Assembly: GCF_004010195.1 (NCBI RefSeq)
Contig: NC_057753.1
Span: forward strand, 11,183,852-11,247,779
Origin: Chiloscyllium plagiosum
Lineage: Eukaryota
Direction: 5' to 3'
DNA length: 63,928 bases
The position numbers and the translations under genes were made by a program. Shown here piece by piece: positions 63,825 to 63,928 of this stretch. The notes beneath the pieces were generated by a model. The model searched no databases. It saw nothing but the letters and a program-made list of their open reading frames with translations, and was not told the origin of the DNA. How positions within the stretch are numbered: position 1 is the first letter of the stretch; the number at the start of each line of letters is the position of its first letter.

Positions 63825-63928
63825 TCAGGCAGCATCCAAGGAGCAGCGAAATCGACGTTTCGGTCAAAAGCCCTTCATCAGGAATAAAGGCAGTGAGCCT
63901 GGAGCGTGGAGAGATAAGCTCGAGGAGG
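63825..63928 (-). mobile_element. Penelope-terminus fragment with hammerhead core, runs off the right edge
   Basis: Reverse complement contains ctgatgaagggcttttgaccgaaacgtcgattt. Confidence 0.75.

Overview
Eukaryotic, repeat-dense DNA, most likely from a cartilaginous fish (shark). This is inferred from HE1/V-SINE-type SINEs with (ATCTA)n tails, abundant CR1 LINEs and Penelope-like elements. Most ORFs in the track are retroelement debris, many starting at TTG/GTG. The non-repeat backbone is a cluster of co-oriented, minus-strand C2H2 zinc-finger gene units. One is intact (15 fingers, no effector domain, 28667-30010), three are decayed finger arrays, and two are remnants lacking fingers; several have CpG-rich NRF1/CRE/ETS/GC-box promoters. 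tRNA genes are interspersed: a near-canonical initiator tRNA-Met, and degenerate Lys (x2), Trp and an apparently intron-bearing Pro. A ~1.5 kb segmental duplication links the two ends of the window. The most striking RNA-level signal is a set of minimal type-I hammerhead ribozyme cores in Penelope termini and in short TSD-flanked palindromic Penelope-derived inserts. There are three assembly gaps. All calls come from reading the sequence; no database searches were run, and repeat boundaries are approximate.
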